This document shows positions 39,042-52,876 of a DNA stretch of 64,000 bases, piece by piece. The translations under genes and the position numbers were made by a program. The notes beneath the pieces are model-generated. The model saw only the letters and a program-made list of their open reading frames with translations, searched no databases and was not told the origin of the DNA. The stretch is taken from NCBI GenBank assembly GCA_043228905.1, contig JBHGNT010000016.1, positions 17,236,001 through 17,300,000 of the forward strand, given 5' to 3'. This stretch comes from Azolla caroliniana (Eukaryota; Plantae; Polypodiophyta). The stretch's first letter is position 1. Each line of letters opens with the position of its first letter.

Positions 39042-39330
39042 TATTGAACAAGCAAGCTCAACTGGAGCTAGATCGGTGTCCGGATGGAATCCGAAACGAG
39101 GAGCCGGATCAGAGAGTCGGATCAGATTGAAACCGGTAGGCCGTTAGAGGCCTAAGGATCTAGTCTAGTACATAGGCATATTTTTGGGAGTCAGTGTCAG
39201 TGGCTCGTATGAGCATTGAAGTACCTGTCAATACTTCTCTCAGTCCTTTATGGACTTGTATAATAGTGCTCTCTGAGCACATTCTATGTACATAGAGGAT
39301 TATTATTTTTTAACATAGTTTTCATGTTCT

Positions 39331-39369
<39 letters not shown>

Positions 39370-41415
39370 TATGTTAAGTACTCTCAAGCTTCCATTGAAC
39401 CTGCGTTTATTCTCTGTTGCTACCCGGCTAAACCGGTTTTGTCAAAGCTTCCGCATGGTAACCTTTACATAGTATCAGAGAGTGAGGGTTGAGACTCCAC
39501 TACAGCCGACAGACGCTTTTGAAGACAAACCCTAACACCCGGTGAAGAACAGAAGAGGACCAAGATGGACAAAGGTATGCCAAGTTCGCTTCCCGCAAAA
39601 AAGCTTGATCGGAGCAACTATGCATCTTGGTCTTATAAAATGCCCCAGTACCTGTTGGGGCATGGATATTGGAGCTATGTGGAATGAACCAACGAGGTAG
39701 CACTTGAGCCGGCACACAAGGACTTCCCGACATGGGAACAAGGAGCAAGTAGAGTGCTTTACTGCCTTGTGTCCTGGAACTGAGAAAACCGAAAAGGGGA
39801 CAACCTTTGTGATCAAGTACAAGGCTAACTGCTCCGGATCGGAGGAAGTGTGGTACATTGATTCCGGAGCATCTAATCACATGAAGAAGTCCCTTTAAGC
39901 CATGTTGGACGAAAGGGAAAGTTGATGAACGTACTACACCTTCCGGAAATCACAAAGAACCTACTGTCGGTCGGACAAATCATCGACCAGGGAATGTAGG
40001 TGCGGTTTATGCACCTCGGGTACTTCATCAAGGAAGAAAGCCGAATAATCGCGCAAGGGCGTAGAGAAGGGAGTCTGTTTATCCTCCACACTAATGACGT
40101 CGACACCGCCATGTTTGCTAAAGGACAAAAGATTGAATCAGACATTGATCTTTAGCATAAGCGGATCGGTCACATCAACTACCGGAGGCTTCAAGATTTG
40201 CAATCGAAACAAGTTGTGTTTGGATTGCCGAAATTTAGTGGCCGGAAGGCCCAAATATGTGAAGCCTGCCAACTCTAGAAGCAACACCGGCTTCCATTCT
40301 CCACTGAACGAAACCAGAGCCATAACAAGCTTGATCTAATCCATTCGGATGTATGGGGACCAACACAAAACGTTAGTATTGGCAGTAGTCAGTATTTTGT
40401 CTCCTTCATTGACGACTATAGCCGACACACCTGGATCTACCTCATTGAGAGGAAAAGTGAAGTCTTTGACTGTTTTTGGAATCTACAAAGCCTAGTCAAG
40501 AGGGAAACAGAAAGAAAGATCCAGTGCCTATGGTCGGATGGCGGAAAAGAATACTTTCCCAGCCAATTCAATAGTTATCTACAGCAAAAAGGAATTCAGT
40601 TGCCGATACACACTGGAACAAAACGGTGTGGCCGAGAGAAAGAACTGATCGATTGTCAACGCGGCAAGGGCAATGCTGGAGGAGAAGAGCATGCCCAAAT
40701 TCTACTGGGCTAAGGCGGTCCGGACGGACATCTACATCCAAAACCGGATTGGGGACAAGGTGTCGGCACATGAGTTGTATTTCGGGCGGAAACCGAATTT
40801 GAGACACTTTCGAATATTCGGTAGCATAGCATATGTGCATGTACTGGATGAGAAACGGAGAAAGCTGGATCCAAAGTCGGAGAAGTGCATAGTCGTTGGA
40901 CAGAACGAAGTCAGATCTTTAGAAACGAAGTCTGAACTGGCCAAGAAGGGCCTCAAACCGCTAACGAGAGGTTACGCCGATCAACCCGCTAGAAGAACCC
41001 TGTAAAGAGATATGGATACAATGAATAGATGGCACATCACTATTCATACATGGACAAGGTGGTGGAAGTGCGTGAGCCGAAGAGCTACGCAGAAGCAACG
41101 AAAGACATAAATTGGCGTGCTACTATGGAAGAAGAAATCCGGGCACTCGATGCCAATGACACCTGGGACCTGCTTGACCCTCTCCGACATTGCAAACTGA
41201 TCGGTTGCAAGTGGTTGTATAAGGTAAAGTACAATGTTGACGGTTCGGTCAACCGGTACATGGCCCGGTTATTGGCAAAGGGATACGCGTAGTCCCACGG
41301 AATTGAGACCTTCGCTCCGATAGTGAAGATGACGATGGTTCATGTGGTACTGGTTGTTGCTGTGGCAAGAGGTTGGCATCTTCACCAAATGGACGTGAAT
41401 AATGCGTTTCTTCAA
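39042..41415 (+). mobile_element. Copia-B, copy 2
   Basis: Duplicate of 13074-15447. Confidence 0.88.
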
Positions 41416-42198
41416 TCATCATCATCATCATGCTCATCGCCTCTTGTTGATTCTCCATCTCCTTGCCACCCGTCTTCACGTCGGGTTCACCACTTGTATC
41501 GTGCCTTTCGGCGCCAGATCGTTGCGTGAGTCGGGTGGGAACCACTGAGGTTTTAGACTAGGAGGAAGAATTTGAGACAAGTTTATAGTTATGGATAGAT
41601 TATTAGAAAGATAGGTAAGTTATGAATCTCGTGAATCCCACGACTTTAGTGTATTTAATCAATATTTAGATAGTAAGAGACAATTTTGATCACAAATTCG
41701 TGAATCCTACGAATATATTATATTAATTGGTGTTTTAGGAAATATATCCAATTTCCAAATATTTCACACCTCTATTGCATTGTGCTCCTCATCCTTATAT
41801 AGTGATGAGAGAGTCTTCACAATCCATGCTTTTTCTCTAACTATAGACTATATGCTTTATCTAACATGCTTTTTCTAACTTTAGTTTTCATGCACACTGC
41901 ATGTGCATGATTAGCTTTCTATCCCATCTTTTCTTTTAACTCGAGTGTGTATGCATGAGTAACTTTTTGTACCATGCATATCTAGAAATTTTACATGGGA
42001 TAAAGTTTAATATAACTTTAAAATTCATAATATGTTAGTATAGTGGTAAGGCTTAACATTATTAACATGGAGGTGCAAGGTTCGAATCTTGCCCTATGCA
42101 TGTAATGCTTATTTTGATATTTTCTTCTTTTTTCTTCATATTTATTCAATTGGTTATTTTATATTATTTTCACGTAGTGTACGAAATACACTACGACA
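41416..42198 (-). mobile_element. tRNA-Trp-primed element 5' LTR, PBS and gag start, copy 2
   Basis: Duplicate of 15448-16230. Confidence 0.85.
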
Positions 42199-42331
42199 AC
42201 GTTCTAGCCGTGCAAGGCTACCACCCCTAGCATTCATCGTGGCTCTAGAGAAATGGAGAAAATGTGAGGATCTCCTAAGGTAAGAGCCCCATCTATCCTC
42301 CACCCCAATTTTTCCAATTAGGGAAGCCCAT

Positions 42332-42389
42332 TGTAAAGAATCAAGAGATGGATTCTTGTGATGCGGAAGAGATGTGAGTTATGTGTGTG

Positions 42390-42441
<52 letters not shown>

Positions 42442-45400
42442 ACACAGAGAATACGCAAAGTTAAAAGTATATTAGCAAAGGAGAAAGACTCAACATTTTA
42501 CAAGGTGGGAGGAGGGTGCTTTATGTAGTCACCCTCTCTCTTCATTAACTACAAGACTCATGGAGCATGGGGAATGTGAAAGCTCATAAGTTATGTGTCA
42601 TAGAATATGATTCTATGACTCATACTAAATGCTAGAATACAAAGTGGTGACATAATGGTGACTCTTGACCGTTAGAGTGTCTCTTGACTCTCAAGGTGAG
42701 TTCACACACTAGACCAAGTTGAGCTTGATTCTCAACACGCCCCCTCAAGCTCAAGTCGGGTCGGTTTCAGACTGTATCTGAAATCCGCTTCAACCCGTGT
42801 TCTGGAGTCCGTGTCAACTCGTGTTGACTCGCATGTATGTGGAGTTGCGGAATCCGTGCTCCAGATTGTGTTGTGCATAGTTACGAAGTTTGTGCTTCGA
42901 CTTGCGTGCGTAGTTGCGAAGTCTGTGCTTCGACTTGCGTCTTTCTTCGTGGCTTTGTTGCGTGGTTGCGGAATCCATGCATTATTGCGTAGTGTCTTCA
43001 GTACTCCCCCTCAAGCTTGGCAGGTCACGGATCGTCAATCCGAGATCGGTCATGAAGTGCCATAGCTTGTCGGCTCCTAAGGCTTTAGTGAAGATGTCAG
43101 CCGTTTGAAGATTGGTGCTAATGTGTTGTAGGTCAACATCACCAGCTAGAAGGCGCTCTCGGATGAAGTGATAGTGCACTTCGATGTGCTTTGTCCGCGC
43201 GTGGAACACTGGGTTACGAGCCAGATAAATACTACTCATGTTGTCGCAGTAAAGGGCAGTCAGATCCTTGACGGGAACACCCAAATCCTTCAAAATCCTC
43301 TTAAGCTATACGGCTTCACATGCCACTACGGTTGCGCCCGTATATTCCGCCTCCGTACTCGAAAGAGCGACGATAGGCTGCTTCTTGCTACTCCAGGATA
43401 TTGCTCCGCTGCCGAGGGAGAAAACAAATCCGGAGGTTGATCTTCTATCAGCTTTGTAGCCGGCCCAATCGACGTCTGTGTACCCCTCGAGTCGTATTGG
43501 TATCGCGGTCTTGTAGAGGATGCCGCAATCCATTGTGCCGCTCACGTAGCGTAGAACTCGCTTAGCGCAATCCAAGTGAGTATCACGCGGTGTTTGCATG
43601 AATTGGCTAAGGAGACCAAGCGGATAACTAAGATCGGGTCGTGTGATCGTGAGGTAGATGAGACTCCCGATGAGTTGCCGATACTGAGTCGGCTCACACG
43701 CTTTGGTGCCGGAGTTCGCATCCAGTTTGAGATTATGATCGAGCGTGGTTGCCACGGATTTGCACTCAGCCATCCCGAACTTGTATAACAAGTTGAGGAT
43801 GTAGTGCCGTTGAGATATCATGATTCCGACTGGAGTCCGAATTACCTCGATGCCGAGGAAGTAGTGGAGCTCCTTCATGTCTGTCATCTCGAACTTGTCG
43901 GAAAGGAGGGATTTGACTTTATTGATTTGGACGAGATGCTCAACTCCAATGACTAGGTCATCCACATATAAAATGATGACGATCGGACTTGCGGAATCGC
44001 GTCGTATGTAGAGGGAGTTGTCCGATTTTGACATACGGAAGCCGATTTGATGAAGATATTGCGTTATCTTCGAATGCCAAGCACGCGGTGCTTGCTTGAG
44101 GCCGTAGAGTGGCTTCTTGAGTCGGCATACAGCTTTCGGATGGGTGCTCGAGTTGAAGCCGGGTGGTTGGATCATGTACACCTCCTCTTCTAATTCGCCT
44201 TGTAGAAAGGCGTTCTTGACGTCCATTTGATGGAGGTGCCACCCTTTCGCCGTGGCAATCGCAATTACGGTCTGCACCGTCGTCATCTTTGCCACCGGGG
44301 CAAAGGTTTCTTCGTAGTCGACGCCATGTGTCTGAGCGTATCCTTTCGCTACGAGTCGAGCTTTGTATCGGTTGACGGAAACGTCCGCGTTGTACTTCAC
44401 TTTGTAGATCCATCTGCATCCGATCGCTTTTTTGTGCGGTGAGGTGGGAACTAGATCCCATGTCTCGTTCTTCCGTAGTGCCTGCATCTCCTCGGTCATT
44501 GCTTCAATCCATCGTGGGTCCTTCGCGGCTTCGGAAAAGGTTTCCGGCTCCCGTACTGTTGCTACCTTCATCATAAAGGCGTAGTGGTACGCCATATAAT
44601 CGTTGTAGCCGAATCGGCTTACGGGGTTCTTTTCACGAGTGGATCGGCGGAGCTTTTCATTTGCAGAGATGAGGGCTTTCTTTGCTCTGATTGGTACCTC
44701 GAAACCGCCGAACTCACTGTCGAGTGAGTGAGTTGACTCATTTGTCGGTGAAGCGATCGTCTTTGTATTCCGCCATTTTCGCCTTGCCTTTGTCAATCGT
44801 CGGACTAGGCCGTGATGTGCTTTGATCGCTCGAAGGCTCTTGTGGTCCGCTCAATCGGGTCGTGATCGGGCTTTCTTCGAACATGCCCGTAGAATGATCT
44901 TCATCCTCTATCTCTTGTTCAGCGGATTTTGGGTTGAGCGGAGTCGGAGCCGGAGTTGTCTCTGGTGCGTACCAGGATGCGGACTCGTCAAAGACGACGT
45001 CTCGACTTACCTGAGATTTTTGAGTTGAGGGGTTGTAGCACTTGTACCCCTTTTGCTCCAGTGAGTATCCTATGAGGATACATTTCTCCGACTTCGGGTC
45101 GAGCTTTTGACGCTTCTCGTCGGGGATGTGCACGTATGCAATGGAGCCGAATATCCGAACATGTGATAGGTTCGACTTCTTTTCGAAGAATCTTTCGTGT
45201 GGAGTGACCTCGTGCACGCCGGATATTGTGCACCAGTTCATTAGGTAGACGGCCGTATTTGCCGCTTCGGCCCAATATGACTTGGGCATATGCTTCTCGT
45301 TCATCATGGCCCGTGCTACTTCGAGGATGTGCCGATTTTTACGCTTGGCTACTCCGTTTTGTTGCGGAGTGTGTCAGCAAGTGAATTCTCGCCGAATTCC

Positions 45401-47523
45401 TTCCTTTCGGAGATACGCCGTGAAATCGTCCGAGAAGTACTCCTTGCCGCCATCCGATCGAAGGCATCGTACATGTCGGCCCGTGGCTTTCTCAACTTCA
45501 TTCTTGAACTTTTGGAAGTGTCCGAACACTTCGCTCTTTTGCCGCATCGGATAGATCCAAGTGTGCCTAGAAAAGTCGTCGATCAAGAGCACGTAATATC
45601 GGCATCCGCCGAATGTCGCCGTTTGAGCCGGACCCCATACATCGGAATGAATTACGTCGAGTACGCCTTTGCTCACATTCCGCTCCTTCGGAAATGGGTG
45701 TCGGTGTTGCTCGCTGAATTGGCACGCTTCGCATACACCTTCAATCTCCTTCTCTTTGAATGTCGGGAGTCCAAAGACGACTCCTTTCGATTTCATTGCT
45801 TTGAGTTTGTTGAGATTGATGTGGCCGATTGTCTTATGCCATAGCTCTATGTCGGAGTCGGCTTTTGTGGTTTTTGCGAACATGGCGGATTTCATCTCGT
45901 GCGAATCGAGAATGAACATCCGGCCCTCTCTTCTTCCGCGTGCGATGATTCGGCCTTCTTTTTCGATTAAGTGCCCTTCTTGGTCGAATCGTACTTGCAT
46001 CCCTTGCTCAACCATTTGGCCGACCGAGACCAAATTCTTTGTGATGGTGGGTACATGCAAGACATTTTTAATGTATGTTTGCTTACCTCTTTCGCCGAAC
46101 GGAACATTGCCGATGTGCCGAATCGGGTGCGTAGTGTCGTCTCCGGTTTCGACATAACCGGGTCGCTCCGGCTCTCGAAGTTTGAGAAACCATTCTTTGT
46201 GGGATGTCATATGGTTTGAGGCTCCGGAGTCAACAAACCATACGTCCTCCGGATTGAGGGCACTAATTGAGGTAGAGGTCGACATAGACTTTGCTCTATG
46301 TTTCATCATGAACATTCCGCCACGGTCGGAGTTGTATGCGTACATTCCGCCACGATCCTCGTAGTCGGAGTTATGCCCGTACATTCCGCTATACTCTTCG
46401 TAGTCGGAATTGTGCGCGTAATTCGTGAGTTGTTGGCTTGTGGAAGCCGATTCACGCATCTTCTTTCGGCACTCTTCTTCGTGGTGGCCGAGCTTTCCGC
46501 AATATCCGCATTCGGTTGCGTTTTGACGGCTCAGGCCGGAGTGGAAGCTCCCCCTTCTTGCGAAGGTTCCTTGTTGGCCTCTGTTTTGCGGCCGAAATTG
46601 GGAGTTGTTGTCGTAGGACGGTCCTCGTCCGCCTTGTCCCTGGCCGAATCGGCCTCTCGCTCGTCCGCGTCCTCTTCCTCCATTAGGGTGCGTGTAGAGC
46701 ATGTGGCCTTCCGACTCATTGCTCCTTGTACGCACATGGTTTTCTTCGACCAATAGCATTGATTGGATCTCGAAGGAGGGAAATTTCTCCCGTGCTAGAA
46801 AGGCGGTTCGCATCGCGCCGAACCGTGGTGCGAGGCCGCCGGGGCATATTTGCACCATCTCATCATCATTTATACTTACGCTTATTGAGCTGAGCGAGTC
46901 GCAAAGCTCCTTGATGTTCAAGGTGTATGTCGTGATGGACATATCCCTTTGTTGAATGTTGTTCAACTCTTGGCGGAGTTGAAGCTTCCTCGCGGTCGTG
47001 TTGGCGGCGAAAATCTTTCGTAGATTTTCCCACACTTCCTTCGGCATCTTGGCTTCTCGAATGTAACCGAGCATGTGGTCGTGAACACATGTCACCAAGA
47101 AATACATCACGCAGTTTGCGGCTTGCGGCTTGCTCCCATGTCGCATATCCGGGAGCCGCTTCGGCGGGTCGGTCTTCATGCGCTCCTTTGATGTAACTCC
47201 AATAGCCTTGTCCGACAAGGTATTGGTGCATCTGGTACTCCCAAGATGCAAAGTTGTTTCGATCCAACTTCTCGTTAGGGAGAGCGCTCCCTATTTGAGT
47301 ATTCATTATGTCGATTCTTCTTCTTCTTCTTCTCTCTTCGAATGCGAGCTATGTAGCGAAGCTACAATAGCGATGAGCCGGTTCTTGGTCGTCGGCGTGG
47401 AGCACAACACACGATCACGATGAGGCGAATGGGCTAGATCGAGCTACCAAATTGCTCTGATACCATGTAAAGAATCAAGAGATGGATTCTTGTGATGCGG
47501 AAGAGATGTGAGTTATGTGTGTG

Positions 47524-47578
<55 letters not shown>

Positions 47579-47879
47579 GTGAAACACAGAGAATACACAA
47601 GGTTAAAAGTATATTAGCAAAGGAGAAAGACTCAACATTTTACAAGGTGGGAGGAGGGTGCTTTATGTAGTTAACCTCTCTCTTCAGTAACTACAAGACT
47701 CATGGAGCATGGGGAAGGTGAAAGCTCATAAGTTATGTGTCATAGAATATGATTCTATGACTCATACTAAATGCTAGAATACAAAGTGGTGACATAATGG
47801 TGACTCTTGACCGTTGGAGTGTCTCTTCACTCTCAAGGTGAGTTCACACACTAGACCAAGTTGAGCTTGATTCTCAACA
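42332..47879 (-). mobile_element. Full-length Ty1/Copia 'Copia-C' (same family as Copia-A)
   Basis: LTRs 42332-42737 and 47466-47879 (TG...CA); perfect TSD CCCAT; PBS iMet 47454-47465; PPT 42738-42746. Confidence 0.98.
42982..47306 (-). pseudogene. Copia-C gag-pol with all domains but disrupted
   Basis: Gag, PR, INT, RT (YVDD) and RNase H (CDNMSSI..NPVFHARTKHIEV..ADIFTK). Frameshifts at ~47115 and ~44745; stops at 45374 and 43306. Confidence 0.95.
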
Positions 47880-47924
47880 CCCATGAATCAAGCTCTGCAG
47901 CTACAGAGCGGAGCGTAGAGTTGC

Positions 47925-48879
47925 GCTAGTAGCATCCAATCACAATCCTTAACACGATACACAAGATACTCACAAAAGTCCTACCTCGGCGGTTAGCAAG
48001 GTTCTTACTAGACATCATACATCAGATCAAGCAAGGTTTACTAGGAGCAGGTGGCATTGACAGATAGCTCCATATCGAGCTTGGCTATTCTGATGTAAGA
48101 CTTCGAGAATGCCTACGACAGGGTACTATGGCCCTTCTTGGAAAATGTGATGAGAGCTTTCGGTCTACCCAAAAAATGGAGGAACTACACTTTTGGACTC
48201 TATTGGGCTACTACCAGTAGCGTGCTGGTAACTGGTGCTAGGGGACCCTTCATCCAACTACAATGCTTACTGAGGCAACGTTATCCCTTGGCCCCATATG
48301 TCTATCTATTTGTAACCGAGCCTTTCTCTGCCTACCTGCAAGCACCAAGCAGTGGATTGAGGGGATTGCCCATCCCCAATGCAACAGAATATCTTCATTT
48401 ATCTGAATATGCCGATGATACAATCCTTTTCTTGCAACATCTTGTAGGGCGATGAGGAGAATTTGTATCGGGCTAAACATATTGTCGAGGAATTTTGTTA
48501 GGTTGTTGGTGCCAAGGTCAATTGGGATAAAACCCAAGGTTTTTGGTTCAACGAACAAGAGAAACCAAGGTGGCAACCCCATGTTGATTTTACATGGGTG
48601 CCGGATTGGACAACATTCAAGTACCTAGGATTTATGATGGGGAGGTAAATCCCCAAGGGAGCCCAACTATACCATGTGCAAGATAAAATAAGTAGGAAGT
48701 TGAAGCAATGGAGTAGAACTAAATTATCCTTTGCTGATAGGGTCCTTATTGCGAACCAAGTGATGCTTGCCAGCATGTGGCACTCGATCTCATGTTGGAT
48801 TACGGATCCTATAGGTCTGCACGCGATTAAGGCTGCCATCAAGCGGGTTATGTGGGTAGGAATGTGTAGAAGTAAGTAG
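47925..48879 (+). mobile_element. L1-type LINE reverse transcriptase remnant
   Basis: HPITILNTIHKILTKVL; AYDRV; LRQRYPLAPY; EYADDT; FKYLG; KLSFADRVLIANQV. Confidence 0.88.
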
Positions 48880-48884
48880 GGATC

Positions 48885-49138
48885 TGTTGGTGTATGTCCT
48901 CACCAAACACAAAGAGTATGATAGAAGAGATGTTTCAAGCATAGACACAATTCAAGCTCAAGAGAAAACTTTCATTATTTTTGTTCTCTCTCTCTCTTAG
49001 AGTCTTAATATGCAAGAATGATCAAGAAGTAGAGAGCATGTCACAACATTAGGTTATTGTTTATATACTAAACTCTAACTATTTGGATGTGTTCACACTA
49101 GGAATCAAAGTGGAAGGAGTTGGTGTTTTATGCCAACA
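48885..49138 (-). mobile_element. 3' LTR of another LTR element; its internal part (49139-49408, 59236-~59373) hosts the Gypsy
   Basis: TGTTGG...CCAACA termini; adjacent PPT GGGGGAGGT (minus strand). Confidence 0.7.
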
Positions 49139-49355
49139 ACCTCCCCCATAAAGGGATTACTCTTTCCTACCTATACAAGTGATTGAGGTTATCTCTCCCG
49201 TAAAACCTAGATTACAAAATTAATCTAAATTTATATTACAAGACAGTCAACAAGTAGCCAAATCGGCAGAGGTGAAGTAAATGTCTAGCCTGGTTCAACT
49301 AGTCTCAAAGGTCGACTGGTTTGAGTCGATGGAATCGACTTTATTTGAATCTGGT

Positions 49356-52300
49356 TCGAATGTCAAATTTGGCTTGTGTCTAATTCTCGGTTTTGGGCTT
49401 GTGTCCATTGTTGTTCTCTGACCGGACAAGGCCTAACACAAGGTGTCACGGAGACACTTCACCAAAGGGTGATTACGGCATAGGATTATGACTCAACGAT
49501 TACACCGACTTAAGTAGGTTACACGATTAGAGCGCTTTTGTTAATTACACGCGTAAGATATAACAGTAATTACAGAACGGAAATCAACACAGAAGTATAA
49601 ACACCATACGCTCTATTAATTATCCGCTGCGATTACAATGGGGTCCATGCCTTTAAATAGGTTTCCGGCCCGTAGTACAAAACGGTGCCTATCGCACCTA
49701 TTCGGGATCCGTCCGGATCTGGAACGGCATACCGTTTCCAGTCCGTCTGTCCATACTATGCTTATTTACAACCATACTTAATTAATTCCTTCACTCCGTA
49801 TTTTGGACTCCTTGCCGGCCGGTAACACATGGCACGCCCGTGGGACAGTACCTTGTACGTCGAACCCTTCTCGGCCCCTTCATTGTTCACCCAAATTGTC
49901 CAAAATACTTTGTTCTAGAGTTTCCAATTGTTCTTCCGGTTGTGGTTGTTGCGGCTATGCTTGCTGCTGCTGCTGTGGTTGCGGTTGGGACTGAGACTGC
50001 TCCGGCTGCTCTATAGGCGGCTGCTCCGTTTGTTTCTCTGACTCCGGCATCCCCGTTTGACTGCTTCCGGTCCGGTCTCCTTCCAGTAATGGTTCCTCAT
50101 CACTGAGGTTGACCGTAACCGGTTCTCGTGCTTTCTCTTCCCGGATCCGGGACCTCTCGTAGCTTTCAAACTGGATCTGCGCCTCCAGCCTGTCGTCGTC
50201 CAGCTGAGCTACAAGTTGCCAGACTTGCCCTAGTTGGTCCTCTGCCAAGGCTTGAAAGTCTTCGGCCAGCTCATCTCTTATGCCGGTGAAGTCTTCGGAA
50301 GTCAGCATATAGCAATCATCTCCCTCCTTCCGCCGGTTCTCTACATCGGCCCGGAGCAATTGGAGTTCCGCCACGTTCGGGGCCCACTTGGTCCACCATT
50401 TGACGGAACCGTTGTCAATCAAGCTCTTGGTCTGGTTCAACCAGGCCCGCATGATATCCTGGATGCGACTTGCTCCCATTTGCGCTCTACTTTCCACAAC
50501 TTGTCGTTCCTCCTTCAACTGCTTGATGAGATTAGCCGTATCCTCCGCCTGCTCTCTGTAGCGCGTCAGCTGCCCTTGATATGTTGTTTGTAGCCTCTGC
50601 AGTACCTCCGCCGCTCTTTCTTTTTCCGCCTGCTGTTGCCTGAGGAGCTCTGTCCGAACCTTCTCCGCCTCTTCCAACCGTCTTCTGGTTTCCGCTTGTT
50701 CATTAGCGTATGCCGTTGCGGTCCGATCAACTGCTTGCCGGAGCTCATCCGTCCGTTCCTTGTGCTCCGTTTGCAACCGTTTATACTCCCGGTGCAAGTG
50801 CTCAAATTCCTCCGTTTTTTGTTTGAGCTTGCCGTTGATCTGGCGATGGTTCCGGTCCTCCCGGTCCTTTAGCTGCCGGAGTTCCTCTTTCAGGCGCTCT
50901 ACTTCTGTTTCGGCGTTTTTCTGGAGCCTGTCCTTCTCTTGCAGCATTTTCTCCTTTTCCTCCTTGAGCCGGTCGTACGCTTGGTGGCCTTTTCGTAAGC
51001 TCTCCTCGGCCCGGCGTAGATTCTCAGCAGTCTTTTTGAGTTCTGCCTCCGCTGCCGTCTTCAACTCTCTTTCGCAGCTCCTCAGCGCTTCTTGGGCAGC
51101 TAGCTCATCCTTTAAGTCCGCAAGCTCTTGGGCTTGTGCCGCATTTCTCTCCGGAACGGTTTCCGTTGCCGGGGTCTGATTGCTATGTACAGGTTGATCT
51201 GACGCTTTATTCTGTACATTGCCCGGAGTCACCGGTGCTTGGACTTGTGTTGTCAAAGCCAATTGAGCCATTTCCCTTGTGACCCTGTCCAAGTCTTGTT
51301 CAAGGCTCCGGATTCTGGACCGGGCCGTCTCTAGATCTACGGTTGTGACGAGCAACCGTTCGTGGTGCGCTCTCTCCTCCGCCTCTATGTACTCGACCGC
51401 TCCGGCGATCTGCTCGCCTACCCACCGTAGCCACATGCTACTGGTGCCTTGCTGCTGTACTGGTCGGGTCGGCTCGTTCACTGTGGAATTGTCTGGCCTG
51501 AGTGCCTGTATCTGCCGTTCTGGTTCTACTCCTTGGCCGCTGTGTGCGCTGGCTGGGCTCGCCGGCTGTTGAGTTCCGGTTCTCGCCGTCTCCGGAGCCG
51601 TTGGAATGACTTCTTGTATAGAAGTCCACAAGGTCGGTTCTATACGCACCGGTTCCGATTCCTCCCTTGTGGTTTGCTCAGGTTGAGTTGGGGGCGTTTC
51701 TTCCTTTTGCGGGTCCGAACGCTCCCCCGCTGTCCCGGCGGTCCTACTTCTTGACCGTCGTTGGAGGTGCTCTACTGGCTCCTCCGTTTCCTCTTCCTGG
51801 GTAACGGCATGTATCTGTGCCGTCAAGGGTTCCGGTTCCTTCTGTCCCGGTCGCCGTATGGTTATCTTAACGGGTCGGACCGGTGACACCTCCTCCGGTT
51901 CTGGGAGCCGTTTCTTCCCTTTCGTCGCCTTCGACGCCAGCAGCTGCTGTCGTTTGGACGCGGGTTTCGAGGTGCTTCCTTCCAATAATCTTGGCCGCTT
52001 CTTTGGCTGGACGGTCTCGACCAGCGGCGCGAGCAATGTTATCCACTGAGCTACGGCATGCCACAGCTTCCGGCCCTCCTTGCCGTCCTTTCCTCGTACC
52101 GTGTCGATTGCCGCGCACAAACCGTCTGCAATCAACACCGTCCAATCCACCTTGATCCCTTCATAGGTGGCTATGATCATCCCTGCCCGATTTTTTGGCA
52201 TGACAGGGGGTCGGGGGTACACGTGGCCGTACTCATGGAGCACTCGAGCTATCTCCCTGAATAGCGGATCTTCGCCGCCCTGCGTTCGATAGCCTTTGCC

Positions 52301-52876
52301 GGCTAGAGAGTACTCACCGAAATATCGGATGAGTTGCTCCGAGGTTGGGTTATTGATCTGAAAAATACCTCCCTCCGGAAGGCCTGTTAGCGCACGGATC
52401 GCTTCCTCATTGATGACTTCTGTGTCGAGCTCCTTGATGACCCGGTCGGCTTCTTTGTGCGGTGGTGCCTCCATGATGGTCAAGAACCCATCCAGTCCGT
52501 GTTGCCTGAGCCATTTCCTGGCCGCTTCCGACAGCGTTTGTGGGTCCATGTCTGCTTCGAGGTCGAGGAAAGATGGCGAGGTAGAGTGGTGATGAGAGTG
52601 AGAGCGAGAGAGAGAGAGTTCCGAACGTGGGGGTTCTCTGAGTGCAAGTTCGCGTTTGCTAAGCTTCCACCGCCTTGGTGCTTCTGTGCTTCTTGGCTCG
52701 CGAAATGAAAAGGTCTCCATGCGTTCTGCTTTTTCTCTGTGCGTCTTGGCGCCTTTTCCGAGCATGCGCACGTCGTGTACCAATTTAGTATTAAGTAACG
52801 TGGCGGCTCTTAAATGCCCACTACGTACCTTTTCGCTCCTTGCTTTCACGTTCGTTCATACCTCGATTTTTAATGA

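Larger units (their letters stand above)
25967..42763. repeat. Segmental duplication block A, copy 2
   Basis: Same ORFs as 1-16797, e.g. 2550..4337 = 28516..30303 and 8822..9580 = 34790..35548. Confidence 0.98.

Noticed and set aside
49955-52849. Extra ORF as a retroviral envelope or a host myosin/SMC-like gene
   Set aside because: No signal peptide, TM helix or ATPase motif is visible, and it lies inside the LTR pair.
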